From assembly GCA_963827555.1 (NCBI GenBank), contig CAWHBL010000029.1:45054-109053 (forward strand): a stretch of 64,000 bases of DNA. Reading direction: 5' to 3'. Source of the stretch: an uncultured beta proteobacterium. GTDB lineage: Bacteria > Pseudomonadota > Gammaproteobacteria > Burkholderiales > SG8-39. A model generated the notes under the pieces. The model saw only the letters and a list, made by a program, of their open reading frames with translations, had not been told where the DNA came from and searched no databases. Made by a program: the position numbers and the translations under genes. Below, piece by piece: positions 8,299 to 17,831 of the stretch. How positions within the stretch are numbered: position 1 is the first letter of the stretch; each line of letters begins with the position of its first letter.

Positions 8299-9414
8299 AT
8301 GAGCCTCTCACCGACCCCCGAGATCATCGCCGAGGTCAAGGCCGGCAACATGGTGATCCTCGTCGACGACGAGGACCGCGAGAACGAGGGCGACCTCATC
8401 TTCGCCGCCGACTTCGTGACCGCGGAGAAGGTCAACTTCATGGCGAAGCACGGCCGGGGCCTCGTCTGCATGCCGATCACCGAGAGCCACGCGCACCGGC
8501 TCAACCTCGCGCCGATGGTGCCGACGAACCGCTCGGTGCACGGCACGAACTTCACCGTGTCGATCGAGGCGGCAAGCGGCGTCACCACCGGCATCTCGGC
8601 CGCCGACCGCGCGCACACGATCCGCGTCGCCGCGTCGCCGGACGCCCGGCCGGACGACATCGTGCAGCCCGGCCACGTGTTCCCGCTGATCGCCCAGCCG
8701 GGCGGCGTGCTCGCGCGCGCGGGCCACACCGAGGCGTGCTGCGATCTCGCCGGGCTCGCGGGGCTCAATCCCGCGGCGGTCCTGTGCGAGATCATGAAGG
8801 ACGATGGCACGATGGCGCGCCTGCCCGACCTGGTCGAGTTCGCGCGCACGCACCGGCTCAAGCTCGGCACGATCGCCGACCTGATCGAGTTCCGCAGCCG
8901 CACCGAGAGCCTGATCAAGCGCGTGATCGAGCGCGAGATCGACACGATGTTCGGGCGCTTCCGGATGGTCGCGTACCTCGAGAAGCTCCAGGGCGAGACC
9001 CATCTCGCGCTGGTGCGCGGGGAGATCGATCCCGGCGCCGAGACGCTGGTCCGGGTGCACGAACCGCTGTCCCTCCTCGACCTGCTCGAGACCGCCCGCG
9101 GCGCCCACTCGTGGTCGCTGCACGAGGCGCTCGCCGCGGTCGACCGGGCGGGGAAGGGCGTGGTCGTGCTGCTCAACTGCACCGAGAGCGCCGGGCAGAT
9201 CATCGAGCGCGTCGCGGCGCATTTGTCACCGGGTCACGCGGCGCCGGGCGCGCGGCGCGAGCTCCTCTCCTACGGCATCGGCGCGCAGATCCTGCGCGAC
9301 CTGAAGGTGGGCAGGATGCGGCTCATGGCCGCGCCGCGCCGGATGCCGAGCATGGCCGGCTGGGGGCTCGAGGTGACCGGCTACGAGAGCCCGGCCGGCG
9401 CGGCCGCGAAGTAA
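8299..9414 (+). CDS. ribBA: Bifunctional 3,4-dihydroxy-2-butanone-4-phosphate synthase / GTP cyclohydrolase II-like protein
   Basis: ATG 8299 within ORF 8224..9414. Motifs [54 protein letters not shown]; C-terminal GCHII-like domain. Confidence 0.9.
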   Translation: MSLSPTPEIIAEVKAGNMVILVDDEDRENEGDLIFAADFVTAEKVNFMAKHGRGLVCMPITESHAHRLNLAPMVPTNRSVHGTNFTVSIEAASGVTTGISAADRAHTIRVAASPDARPDDIVQPGHVFPLIAQPGGVLARAGHTEACCDLAGLAGLNPAAVLCEIMKDDGTMARLPDLVEFARTHRLKLGTIADLIEFRSRTESLIKRVIEREIDTMFGRFRMVAYLEKLQGETHLALVRGEIDPGAETLVRVHEPLSLLDLLETARGAHSWSLHEALAAVDRAGKGVVVLLNCTESAGQIIERVAAHLSPGHAAPGARRELLSYGIGAQILRDLKVGRMRLMAAPRRMPSMAGWGLEVTGYESPAGAAAK

Positions 9415-9424
9415 GGCGTCCCCG

Positions 9425-9889
9425 ATGGTCGAGATCAAGCCAGGCCTCGACGGTGCAGGCCTGAAGATCGGCATCGTGCGCTGCCGCTTCAACGAGCCGA
9501 TCGGCGAGGTCGAGCTCGCGGCGTGTCTCGGCCGGCTCGGCGAGCTCGGCGTCGCCGGGTCCGACATCGCCGTGGTCGCCGTCGCCGGCGCCCTGGAAGC
9601 GCCGCTCGCGCTGCAGCGGCTCGCCGCCACCGGGAAGTACGACGCGCTGATCGCGCTCGGTGCGGTGATCCGCGGCGAGACCTATCACTTCGAGGTGGTC
9701 GCGAACGAGTCCGCATCGGGCCTCATGCAGATCCAGCTCGACGCCGGCGTGCCGATCGCCAACGGCATCCTCACCACCGACACCGAGGCGCAGGCCGAGG
9801 AGCGCGCCGCGCCGAAGGGCCGCGACTGCGCCGAGGTCGCAGTGGAGATGGCGCGCCTCGCGCGCGCGATCGACAAGCACCACCGGTGA
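9425..9889 (+). CDS. ribH: 6,7-dimethyl-8-ribityllumazine synthase
   Basis: 154 aa: [12 protein letters not shown]..., [39 protein letters not shown]. Confidence 0.92.
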   Translation: MVEIKPGLDGAGLKIGIVRCRFNEPIGEVELAACLGRLGELGVAGSDIAVVAVAGALEAPLALQRLAATGKYDALIALGAVIRGETYHFEVVANESASGLMQIQLDAGVPIANGILTTDTEAQAEERAAPKGRDCAEVAVEMARLARAIDKHHR

Positions 9890-10320
9890 ACGCCTTGAAG
9901 TCCGCCCGCCGCCGCGCCCGCGAGTACGCGTTGCAGGGCCTCTACCAGTGGCAGCTCGCCGGCCACGCCGCGTCCGACATCCGCCACCAGCTCGCCGAGG
10001 ACCCGAATTTCGACAAGGCGGACGCGGCCTACTTCCGCACCGTGCTCGACGGGACGATCGCGGAGGCCGAGACGCTGAAGTCCGAGATCGCGCCCGCGCT
10101 CGACCGCAAGGTCGAGAGCCTCTCGCCGGTGGAGCGCGGCATCCTGCTGCTCGCCGCGTGGGAGCTCAAGCACGCGCCCGACGTCCCGTTCCGGGTGGTG
10201 ATCAACGAGGCGATCGAGCTCGCCAAGTCCTACGGCGGCACCGACGGGTACAAGTACGTGAACGGCGTGCTCGACAAGCTCGCCCCGAGCCTGCGGCCGC
10301 GCGAAGCGGGCAGGACCTGA
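9886..10320 (+). CDS. nusB: Transcription antitermination factor NusB
   Basis: GTG 9886 overlaps the ribH stop (GTGA). [17 protein letters not shown]..., [41 protein letters not shown]. Confidence 0.9.
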   Translation: MNALKSARRRAREYALQGLYQWQLAGHAASDIRHQLAEDPNFDKADAAYFRTVLDGTIAEAETLKSEIAPALDRKVESLSPVERGILLLAAWELKHAPDVPFRVVINEAIELAKSYGGTDGYKYVNGVLDKLAPSLRPREAGRT

Positions 10321-10325
10321 CCGCG

Positions 10326-11300
10326 GTGCCGTCCGAGTTCGAGCTGATCCGCCGCTACTTCGTGCGCACCGGGCACGATGCGCCCGGCCCCGGGCGCGGC
10401 GCGTCCGTCATCGGCGACGATTGCGCGCTCCTCGCCGCCCCGGCCGGCCTCGCGCTCGCGGTCACGACCGACCTGCTCGCGGAAGGCACGCACTTTCTTC
10501 CCGGGACGGATGCGCGCCGACTGGGGCACAAGGCGCTGGCGGTCAACCTCTCCGACCTCGCCGCGATGGGCGCGGACCCGCGCTGGTTCCTGCTCGGGCT
10601 CGCGCTGCCCGAGGCCGACGAGCCGTGGCTCGCCGCGTTCGCCGCGGGGATGTTCGCCCTCGCCGACGCACACCGGATCGAGCTCGTCGGCGGCGACACG
10701 ACCCGCGGTCCGCGCACGATCACGATCACCGCGATCGGCACGCTGCCGCCCGGCTATGCGCTCCGCCGCGATGCGGCGGCGGCGGGCGAGGACCTGTGGC
10801 TCTCGGGCGCGACCGGCGAAGCCGCGCTCGGCCTCGCGCACCTGCGCGGCCGGGTGAAGCTCGACGCGGCCGCCGCGGCGCAGTGCGTCCTGCGCCTCGA
10901 GGCGCCCGAGCCGCGCGTCGATCTCGGCCGGAGGCTGCGCGGGATCGCGGCCGCGGCGATCGACGTTTCCGACGGGCTGCTCGCGGACGTCGGGCACGTC
11001 GCCGGGCAGTCGAAGGTCGGCGCCGAGATCGACTACGACGCGCTGCCGCGGGCCGCCGCGCTCGCGGCGTGTCCGGATCGCAGCCTCGCCGACGAGTGCC
11101 TGCTCGGCGGCGGGGACGACTACGAGCTCGCGTTCACTGCGCCGCCGGCGAAGCGCGAGGAAGTCGAGCGCGCGGGGCGCGCGGCGGGCGTCGCGGTCAC
11201 CCGCATCGGCCGCATCGTCGCCGGCCCGCCCGAGGCCCGGGTGCTCGCGGGCGGCAAGCCGGTCGCGGCCGCGCGCCGCGGGTTCGATCACTTCCGATGA
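10326..11300 (+). CDS. thiL: Thiamine-monophosphate kinase
   Basis: GTG 10326 in frame with ORF 9948..11300. SEFELIRRYF, IGDDCALL, TTDLLAEGTHF, LAVNLSDLAAMGA, VGGDTTRGP, GGGDDYELAFT. Confidence 0.88.
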   Translation: MPSEFELIRRYFVRTGHDAPGPGRGASVIGDDCALLAAPAGLALAVTTDLLAEGTHFLPGTDARRLGHKALAVNLSDLAAMGADPRWFLLGLALPEADEPWLAAFAAGMFALADAHRIELVGGDTTRGPRTITITAIGTLPPGYALRRDAAAAGEDLWLSGATGEAALGLAHLRGRVKLDAAAAAQCVLRLEAPEPRVDLGRRLRGIAAAAIDVSDGLLADVGHVAGQSKVGAEIDYDALPRAAALAACPDRSLADECLLGGGDDYELAFTAPPAKREEVERAGRAAGVAVTRIGRIVAGPPEARVLAGGKPVAAARRGFDHFR

Positions 11301-11794
11301 GCGCGAACGCGATCTCGCGTCCGGGCGTCGGGTTCCTGCTTTCGCACCCGGCGCATTTCATCGCGCTCGGGTTCGGGACCGGGCTCTCGCCGGTCGCGCC
11401 GGGGACCGTCGGCACGCTGCTCGCGTTCCCGTTCTACGCCGTGCTTGCGTACTGGCTCGCGCCGGAGTGGGTCGCGGCCGCGATCGGGTGCTTCTTCCTG
11501 GTCGGGATCTGGGCCTGCGGCCGCACCGGCCGCGACCTCGGCGTCGCGGACCACGGCGGCATGAACTGGGACGAGATCGTCGCTTTCCTCGCGGTGCTCG
11601 TCTTCACGCCGGCGGGCCTCGCCTGGCTCGCGGCGGCGTTCGTCCTGTTCCGCGTCTTCGACATCGCGAAGCCGCCGCCGATCCGGCACGTCGACCGGCA
11701 GGTGAAGGGCGGCTTCGGGGTGATGCTCGACGACGTCGTGGCGGCGTTCTACACCGTGCTCGTCCTCGCGGTGGCGAAGCGATTCCTGGCGTGA
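11297..11794 (+). CDS. pgpA: Phosphatidylglycerophosphatase A
   Basis: ATG 11297 overlaps the thiL stop (ATGA). LGFGTGLSPVAPGTVGTL, DHGGMNWDEIVAF, FRVFDIAKPPPI, GGFGVMLDDVVAA. Confidence 0.9.
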   Translation: MSANAISRPGVGFLLSHPAHFIALGFGTGLSPVAPGTVGTLLAFPFYAVLAYWLAPEWVAAAIGCFFLVGIWACGRTGRDLGVADHGGMNWDEIVAFLAVLVFTPAGLAWLAAAFVLFRVFDIAKPPPIRHVDRQVKGGFGVMLDDVVAAFYTVLVLAVAKRFLA

Positions 11795-11799
11795 GCACG

Positions 11800-12708
11800 A
11801 TGCTGCCGTCGCTTCTGCGCTCGCTGTTCGGATCGGCCGCCGGCCCGGTGCCCGAGGGCGAGCCGGTGGCCCCCGGCGCGCGCTGGTCGCACCTCGAGCT
11901 GCGGGAGTGGCGGCACGGCCTCGTCGCGTACAACCGCAACGACCAGTACGTGGGCCGGTCGCTCCAGGTCTACGGCGAGTACTCGGAGCTCGAGGCCCAG
12001 TTCCTCGCGGCCTGGCTGCGGCCGGGCGACGTCGTGCTCGAGGCCGGCGCGAACATCGGGCCGGTCACGGTGCCGCTCGCGCGCGCGGTGGGGCCGGGCG
12101 GGCGCGTCCTCGCGTACGAGCCGCAGCGGCTCGTCTTCCAGCTGCTCTGCTGCAATCTCGCGCTGAACGAGCTCGGCAACGTCGTCGCACGGCCGCATGC
12201 GCTCGGCGCGCGCCCCGGCACCGCGCGCGTGCCGGTGATTCCGCTCTCGCAGGCCCACAACTTCGGCGGCGTCGCGCTGTCGACGGACGCCGAGGGCGGC
12301 GAGCAGGTCCCGGTCGAGCACGTCGACGACCTCGGGCTCGAGGCCTGCCGGCTGGTCAAGGTCGACGTGGAAGGGATGGAGGCCGAGGTGCTCGAGGGCG
12401 CGCGCGCGACGATCGGGCGCCTGCGGCCGCTGCTCTACCTCGAGAACGACCGCGCCGAGCGCTCGCGGGCGCTGATCGAACTCGTGCAATCGCTCGGCTA
12501 CCGCGCGTTCTGGCACCTGCCGCCGCTCTTCAACCCGGACAACTTCGCCGGCCGCGCCGACAACCTGTTCGGCAACATCGTCTCGGTGAACATGTTCTGC
12601 GTGCCCGCCGAGTCGCAGCTCCGCCTCGCCGGCCTGGCGGAGGTCACCGGGCCGGACGACACCTGGCTGGGCAAACCCGCGTCCCGCGCCGTGACCCGCG
12701 ATGGCTGA
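11800..12708 (+). CDS. FkbM-family SAM-dependent methyltransferase
   Basis: In ORF 11467..12708 from ATG 11800; alternative GTG 11791 overlaps the pgpA stop as GTGA. VLEAGANIGPVTVPLA, VLAYEPQ, LVKVDVEGMEAEVLEG. Confidence 0.75.
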   Translation: MLPSLLRSLFGSAAGPVPEGEPVAPGARWSHLELREWRHGLVAYNRNDQYVGRSLQVYGEYSELEAQFLAAWLRPGDVVLEAGANIGPVTVPLARAVGPGGRVLAYEPQRLVFQLLCCNLALNELGNVVARPHALGARPGTARVPVIPLSQAHNFGGVALSTDAEGGEQVPVEHVDDLGLEACRLVKVDVEGMEAEVLEGARATIGRLRPLLYLENDRAERSRALIELVQSLGYRAFWHLPPLFNPDNFAGRADNLFGNIVSVNMFCVPAESQLRLAGLAEVTGPDDTWLGKPASRAVTRDG

Positions 12709-13189
12709 CGCGCTCGCCACGCTCGCGACCCTCGCCGGCGCGCGGCTGAAGGCGCGCGGGCTCAAGCTCGTCACCGCCGAATCGTGCACCGGCGGCTGGG
12801 TGGCGCAGGCGGTGACGGCGGTCTCCGGCAGCTCCGACTGGTTCGAGCGCGGCTTCGTCACGTACTCGAACGAGGCGAAGCAGGAGATGCTCGGCGTGCG
12901 CGCCGCGACGCTCGACGCGGCCGGCGCGGTCAGCGAGGAGACCGCGCTCGAGATGGCGCGCGGCGCTCTCGCCTCGAGCCGCGCGCAGGTCGCGGTGTCG
13001 GTCACCGGCGTTGCCGGCCCGACCGGCGGCACCGCGGCGAAGCCGGTGGGGATGGTGTGCTTCGGGTGGGCGCTCGCCGGGGGCGGCGCGGACGCGGCGA
13101 CGAAGCATTTCCGGGGCGACCGCGAGCAGGTCCGGCGACAATCGGTGATATTCGCGCTCCAGGGCGTGCTGGAACGAATCGGAGAATGA
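12701..13189 (+). CDS. pncC: Nicotinamide-nucleotide amidohydrolase / CinA C-terminal domain family protein
   Basis: 162 aa: LVTAESCTGGWVAQAVTAVSGSSDWFERGFVTYSNEAK, VSVTGVAGPTGG. Start overlaps the upstream gene by 8 nt. Confidence 0.85.
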   Translation: MADALATLATLAGARLKARGLKLVTAESCTGGWVAQAVTAVSGSSDWFERGFVTYSNEAKQEMLGVRAATLDAAGAVSEETALEMARGALASSRAQVAVSVTGVAGPTGGTAAKPVGMVCFGWALAGGGADAATKHFRGDREQVRRQSVIFALQGVLERIGE

Positions 13190-13193
13190 GGCG

Positions 13194-14054
13194 ATGGACG
13201 AAGTGAACCTTTCCCGCCGGCGCGCGCTGGTGGCGATCGCGGCCGGCGCGAGCTTTCCGCTGCTCGCCGGCGCGCAGCAGAACGCCGGACCCTACGTGCC
13301 CACGCCGTGGAAGATCGTCGACGACATGCTGCGGCTCGCGGCGGTGCGCAAGGACGACTTCGTGATCGACCTCGGCTCGGGCGACGGGCGGCTGGTGATC
13401 ACCGCCGCGGAGCGCTTCGGCGCGCGCGGCTACGGCGTCGACATCGACCCCGCGCTGGTGAAGCTCGCCAACGACAACGCGGCCAAGGCCGGCGTCGCCG
13501 ACCGCGTGAAGTTCGAGAAGCGCGACCTCTTCGAGACGAACATCGGCGAGGCGTCCGTGCTCACGCTCTACCTGCTGCCGCACACCGTGACCCAGCTCGT
13601 GCCGCGGATCTTCGCCGAGATGCGCGCCGGCTCGCGGGTGGTGTCGCACGACTATCCGCTCGGTCCGTGGCAGCCCGAGCGGCACCTCCAGTTCGACGTG
13701 CAGGAGAAGATCGAGATCAGCGGCACGACGCGCACCGTGCTCTATCTCTACATCGTTCCGGCGCGGGTCGGCGGCTCCTGGAGTCTCGAGCTGCCCCCGA
13801 CGGTGACGAAGCAGCCGGCGCGGCTCGCCTTCGAGCAGGATCCGGCCAGGACGCGGGGCTCGGCGACGGTGGGGAACCGGAAGATCGCGCTCGACGCGGT
13901 GAAGATCACCGGCGAATCGGTGCGCTTCGAGATCCCCGGCCTCGCCGCGGGCGGCAAGCCGCTTGCGCTGCAAGGCGTCGTTCGCGGCAACGTTATCGAG
14001 GGAACCGCAACGACGCCGGGCGGGCCGGCGCCGTGGCGGGCGACGCGGCTGTAG
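13194..14054 (+). CDS. Class I SAM-dependent methyltransferase with twin-arginine-like signal peptide
   Basis: 286 aa. N-terminus LSRRRALVAIAAGASFPLLAGA-QQ. SAM motif I VIDLGSGDGRLVI plus GYGVDIDP. About 110-aa unassigned C-terminal beta-rich part. Confidence 0.75.
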   Translation: MDEVNLSRRRALVAIAAGASFPLLAGAQQNAGPYVPTPWKIVDDMLRLAAVRKDDFVIDLGSGDGRLVITAAERFGARGYGVDIDPALVKLANDNAAKAGVADRVKFEKRDLFETNIGEASVLTLYLLPHTVTQLVPRIFAEMRAGSRVVSHDYPLGPWQPERHLQFDVQEKIEISGTTRTVLYLYIVPARVGGSWSLELPPTVTKQPARLAFEQDPARTRGSATVGNRKIALDAVKITGESVRFEIPGLAAGGKPLALQGVVRGNVIEGTATTPGGPAPWRATRL

Positions 14055-14342
14055 CGGCTAGCGCCGCGAAGCCGACGGCGATGCGGGCGAGGAGGCGGAC
14101 GGCCTCGTCGTTGTCATCGGACATGTCAGCCCCGCCCCGCCTGACGCCTTGGTCGCGGCCGGCCGCGCGGCGGTTCAATCTCGCTTGAAGGGGCCTCTCG
14201 CCCGCCATTGTCGGGCGCGGATGTGCAGTGCGCCACTCGCCCGCTCGGCCTAACCGGAGTAGATTTCGGCGGTGGCCCCCGACCGCAACCCGCTGAGCCC
14301 GCTGGGATTCGCCCGGCCGGCGGCAGGGGTCTTATCGACGCC

Positions 14343-15710
14343 ATGAGCGCAACCCGTACCGCCGCCGTCGCCGGCACGTTCTACCCGGGCGAGCAGACGA
14401 CGCTCGCCCGCGATCTCCTCGGGATGCTCGACGAGACCCGCGACGCGCCCCTCGTGCCCGGCTTCCCGAAGGCGCTGATCGTCCCGCACGCCGGCTACAT
14501 CTATTCCGGCCACGTCGCGGCGCAGGCCTATGCGCTGCTGCGGCCGGCGATGGGGATCGTGAAGCGCGTCGTGCTGCTCGGGCCGTGCCACCGCGTCGCG
14601 GTGCGCGGGCTCGCGCTGCCGGAGGCGACCGCGTTCGAGACGCCGCTCGGACGGGTCGAGATCGACGCCGCGGCCGTCGCCGCCATCCGGGACCTGCCGC
14701 AGGTGTCCGTGAACGCCGCGACGCACGCGCACGAGCATTCGCTCGAGGTGCAGCTGCCGTTCCTGCAGCAGGTGCTGAAGGGCTTCAAGCTGGTGCCGCT
14801 CGTCGTCGGACAGGCCACGCACGAGCAGGTGGCCGGCGTCCTCGACCGGCTGTGGGGCGGGCCGGAAACGCTGATCGTGATCAGCTCCGACCTCTCGCAC
14901 TACCACCCCTACGACACCGCGCGCGCCATCGACCGCAAGACGGTCCAGGCGATCGTGGCCTTCCGCACCGACATCGACCACGTCCAGGCGTGCGGCGCGA
15001 CGCCGATGACCGGGTTCCTCGAGACGGCGAAGCGCCGCGGGATGACGCCCGAGCTGCTCGACGCGCGCAACTCGGGCGACACCGCGGGCGGACGCGACCG
15101 TGTCGTCGGCTACGCGTCGTTCGCGTTCTGGGACCGGCGCGCCGAGTACGAGGCGGAGCACGGCCGGACGCTGCTCGGCCTCGCCCGGGCGAGCGTCGCG
15201 AACGCGCTGCAGGCGGGCGCCGAGGCGGCGATCCCGGACGTCGCGTGGCTGAAGGAGCGCCGCGCGACCTTCGTGACGCTGCTGGAGGACGCGAAGCTCC
15301 GCGGCTGCATCGGCAGCCTGCAGCCGACGCGCGCGCTCGGCGACGACGTCGTCGCGAACGCCGCGGCGGCGGCGCTCGCCGACCGGCGGTTCTCGCCGCT
15401 CGGGCGGGACGACCTCGCCAAGGTGGAGATGGAGGTCTCCCTCCTGTCGGTGCCGACCGCGGTGCTGTTCGCCGACGAGGGCGAGCTCCTCGCGACGCTT
15501 CGCCCCGGGGTCGACGGCGTGATCCTGGCGAGCGGCGACAAGCGCGGCACCTACCTGCCGCAGGTCTGGGAGCAGATCCCGGAACCGCGCCAGTTCCTCG
15601 CCAGTCTCATGCAGAAGGCCGGGATCCCGGCCGACACCCGCCTGACCCGCTGCCAGGTGTGGCGGTACCAGGCGCGGAAGTGGAAGGAATCGGAGCTGAA
15701 GGTGCAGTGA
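14343..15710 (+). CDS. AmmeMemoRadiSam system protein B (Memo-like) fused to protein A (AMMECR1 domain)
   Basis: ATG 14343 in ORF 14208..15710. Memo part: AVAGTFYPG, IVPHAGYIYSG, GPCHRV, HEHSLEVQLPFLQ, SSDLSHYH. AMMECR1 part: ATFVTL, LRGCIGSL, RFSPL, GTYLPQVW. Confidence 0.88.
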   Translation: MSATRTAAVAGTFYPGEQTTLARDLLGMLDETRDAPLVPGFPKALIVPHAGYIYSGHVAAQAYALLRPAMGIVKRVVLLGPCHRVAVRGLALPEATAFETPLGRVEIDAAAVAAIRDLPQVSVNAATHAHEHSLEVQLPFLQQVLKGFKLVPLVVGQATHEQVAGVLDRLWGGPETLIVISSDLSHYHPYDTARAIDRKTVQAIVAFRTDIDHVQACGATPMTGFLETAKRRGMTPELLDARNSGDTAGGRDRVVGYASFAFWDRRAEYEAEHGRTLLGLARASVANALQAGAEAAIPDVAWLKERRATFVTLLEDAKLRGCIGSLQPTRALGDDVVANAAAAALADRRFSPLGRDDLAKVEMEVSLLSVPTAVLFADEGELLATLRPGVDGVILASGDKRGTYLPQVWEQIPEPRQFLASLMQKAGIPADTRLTRCQVWRYQARKWKESELKVQ

Positions 15711-16807
15711 TGGGCGCGGTCGCCGAGAGCAAGTACCTCGGCCGCTGGTGGCACAAGCTCGACGACGGCCGCATCCAGTGCGACCTCTGCCCGCGCGACT
15801 GCCGGCTGCACGAAGGCCAGCGCGGGGCCTGCTTCGTCCGGATGCGCGAAGGCGACCGGATGATCCTGACGACGTACGGCCGGTCGTCCGGGTTCTGCGT
15901 CGATCCGGTCGAGAAGAAGCCGCTCAACCACTTCTATCCCGGCTCGAGCATCCTCTCGTTCGGCACGGCGGGCTGCAACCTCGCGTGCAAGTTCTGCCAG
16001 AACCACGACATCTCGAAGTCGCGCGAGATGGACACGCTCGCCGACCAGGCGACGCCGGAGACGATCGCGCGCGCGGCCGAGCAGCTCGGGTGCAAGTCGG
16101 TCGCGTTCACCTACAACGACCCGGTGATCTTCGCCGAGTACGCGATGGACGTGGCCGACGCGTGCCGCGCGCGCGGCGTGCAGACGGTGGCGGTGACCGC
16201 CGGCTACATCTCGCCGGGCGCGCGCGAGGAGTTCTACGCCAAGATGGACGCGGCGAACGTCGACCTGAAGGCGTTCACCGACGAGTTCTACTTCAAGCTC
16301 TGCGGGGCGCACCTGCAGCCGGTGCTCGACACGCTCGTGTACCTGAAGCACGAGACCAACGTCTGGTTCGAGATCACCACCTTGCTGATCCCCGGCAAGA
16401 ACGACTCGGCGGAGGAGATCGAAGCCGAGTGCAAGTGGATCATGAAGGAGCTCGGACCCGAGGTGCCGGTGCACTTCACCGCGTTCCACCCGGACTACAA
16501 GATGACCGACCTGCCGCGCACGCCGCCGGAGACGCTCACGCGCGCGCGCGCGATCGCGCTGCGGGAGGGGCTGCACTACGTCTACACCGGCAACGTGCAC
16601 GACACCGAGGGCGGCACGACGTTCTGCCCCGGCTGCGGCAACGCGGTGATCGTCCGCGACTGGCATCGGATCCTGAACTACCGCGTCACGCCCGACGGCC
16701 GCTGCAAGGAGTGCGGCCACGCGCTCGCCGGACGCTTCGAGGCGTTCAAGACGCCGTTCGGGCCGCGGCGCGTTCCGGTCCGGCTCGCGAACTTCCACGC
16801 CGCCTGA
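15710..16807 (+). CDS. amrS: AmmeMemoRadiSam system radical SAM enzyme
   Basis: ATG 15710 shares one base with the upstream stop (TGATG). N-terminal Cys cluster CDLCPRDCRLHEGQRGAC, radical SAM motif GCNLACKFCQN, C-terminal CPGCG...CKECG ribbon. Confidence 0.88.
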   Translation: MGAVAESKYLGRWWHKLDDGRIQCDLCPRDCRLHEGQRGACFVRMREGDRMILTTYGRSSGFCVDPVEKKPLNHFYPGSSILSFGTAGCNLACKFCQNHDISKSREMDTLADQATPETIARAAEQLGCKSVAFTYNDPVIFAEYAMDVADACRARGVQTVAVTAGYISPGAREEFYAKMDAANVDLKAFTDEFYFKLCGAHLQPVLDTLVYLKHETNVWFEITTLLIPGKNDSAEEIEAECKWIMKELGPEVPVHFTAFHPDYKMTDLPRTPPETLTRARAIALREGLHYVYTGNVHDTEGGTTFCPGCGNAVIVRDWHRILNYRVTPDGRCKECGHALAGRFEAFKTPFGPRRVPVRLANFHAA

Positions 16808-16819
16808 GGGCGGCCGGCG

Positions 16820-17830
16820 TCAGCCCTCCACCCGCAGGCCGCTCGCCGCGTCGAACCAGTGCGCGCGCGCGGCGTCGTAGCGCACCGGCAGGCGCCCGGG
16901 CTGGGCCGCCATCGACTCCTGCAGGCGCACCGCGACGCGCGCGCCGGTGCCGTTCGCCCCGAGGTGGCCGTACACGAGCGTGTCGGCGCCGAGCGGCTCG
17001 ACGAGATCGACGTCCACGGTCATCGTCGCGTCGCGTTCGCCGCAGGGTTCCAGGTGCTCGGGCCGCACGCCGAGGAGCATGTCGCGCCCGCCGCGCGGCG
17101 TCGGAATGAGGTTCATCGGCGGCGAGCCGATGAAGCCGGCGACGAACACCGTCGCGGGCTTCGCGTAGACCTCGAGCGGCGCGCCGATCTGCTCCGCGCG
17201 CCCGGCGTTCATCACGATCATCCGGTGCGCGAGCGTCATCGCCTCGACCTGGTCGTGGGTGACGAACAGGCTGGTCGTCCCCAGCCGCCGGTGCAGCGCC
17301 TGCAGCTCGGCCCGCATCTGGACGCGGAGCTTGGCGTCGAGGTTGGAGAGCGGTTCGTCGAACAGGAACGCCGCGGGCTCGCGCACGATCGCGCGGCCCA
17401 TCGCCACGCGCTGGCGCTGTCCGCCGGAGAGCTCGCGCGGCCGGCGGCGCAGGAAGCTCGCGAGCTCGAGGATCCCTGCCGCCCGCTGCACCCGGGCGTC
17501 GATGTCGGCCTTCGAGAGGCCGCGGATGCGCAGCCCGTAGGCCATGTTGTCGTACACCGACATGTGCGGGTAGAGCGCGTAGTTCTGGAACACCATCGCG
17601 ATGTCCCGGTCCTTCGGCTCGAGGCGGTTGACGACGCGCCCGCCGATCGCGATCTCGCCGGCGGTGATCGCCTCGAGCCCGGCGACCATCCGGAGCAGGG
17701 TCGACTTGCCGCAGCCCGACGGGCCGACGATCACCACGAACTCGCCGTCGGCGACCTCGGTCGAGACGCCGTGGATCACCTCCACCGCGCCGTAGCTCTT
17801 CCTGACGTCCCGGAACGTGATCTCGGCCAC
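16820..17830 (-). CDS. ugpC: sn-glycerol-3-phosphate ABC transporter ATP-binding protein
   Basis: 336 aa: Walker [10 protein letters not shown], signature [14 protein letters not shown], Walker [12 protein letters not shown], MalK/UgpC-type C-terminal domain. Last gene of the ugpBAEC set. Confidence 0.88.
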   Translation of the reverse strand: MAEITFRDVRKSYGAVEVIHGVSTEVADGEFVVIVGPSGCGKSTLLRMVAGLEAITAGEIAIGGRVVNRLEPKDRDIAMVFQNYALYPHMSVYDNMAYGLRIRGLSKADIDARVQRAAGILELASFLRRRPRELSGGQRQRVAMGRAIVREPAAFLFDEPLSNLDAKLRVQMRAELQALHRRLGTTSLFVTHDQVEAMTLAHRMIVMNAGRAEQIGAPLEVYAKPATVFVAGFIGSPPMNLIPTPRGGRDMLLGVRPEHLEPCGERDATMTVDVDLVEPLGADTLVYGHLGANGTGARVAVRLQESMAAQPGRLPVRYDAARAHWFDAASGLRVEG

Positions 17831-17831
17831 G

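Noticed and set aside
5616-8302. 856-aa minus-strand and 877-aa plus-strand ORFs spanning the desuccinylase-like and binding-protein genes
   Set aside because: Same reasoning: Arg/Pro/Gly-rich nonsense, overlapping two well-supported genes in another frame or strand.
13993-14208. Minus-strand small ORF (inner start gives MSDDNDEAVRLLARIAVGFAALAA...) between the methyltransferase and the AmmeMemoRadiSam genes
   Set aside because: The first ~20 codons have good GC3, but the ORF then overlaps the methyltransferase 3' end by 60 nt with deteriorating codon bias. There is no motif and I cannot support it.
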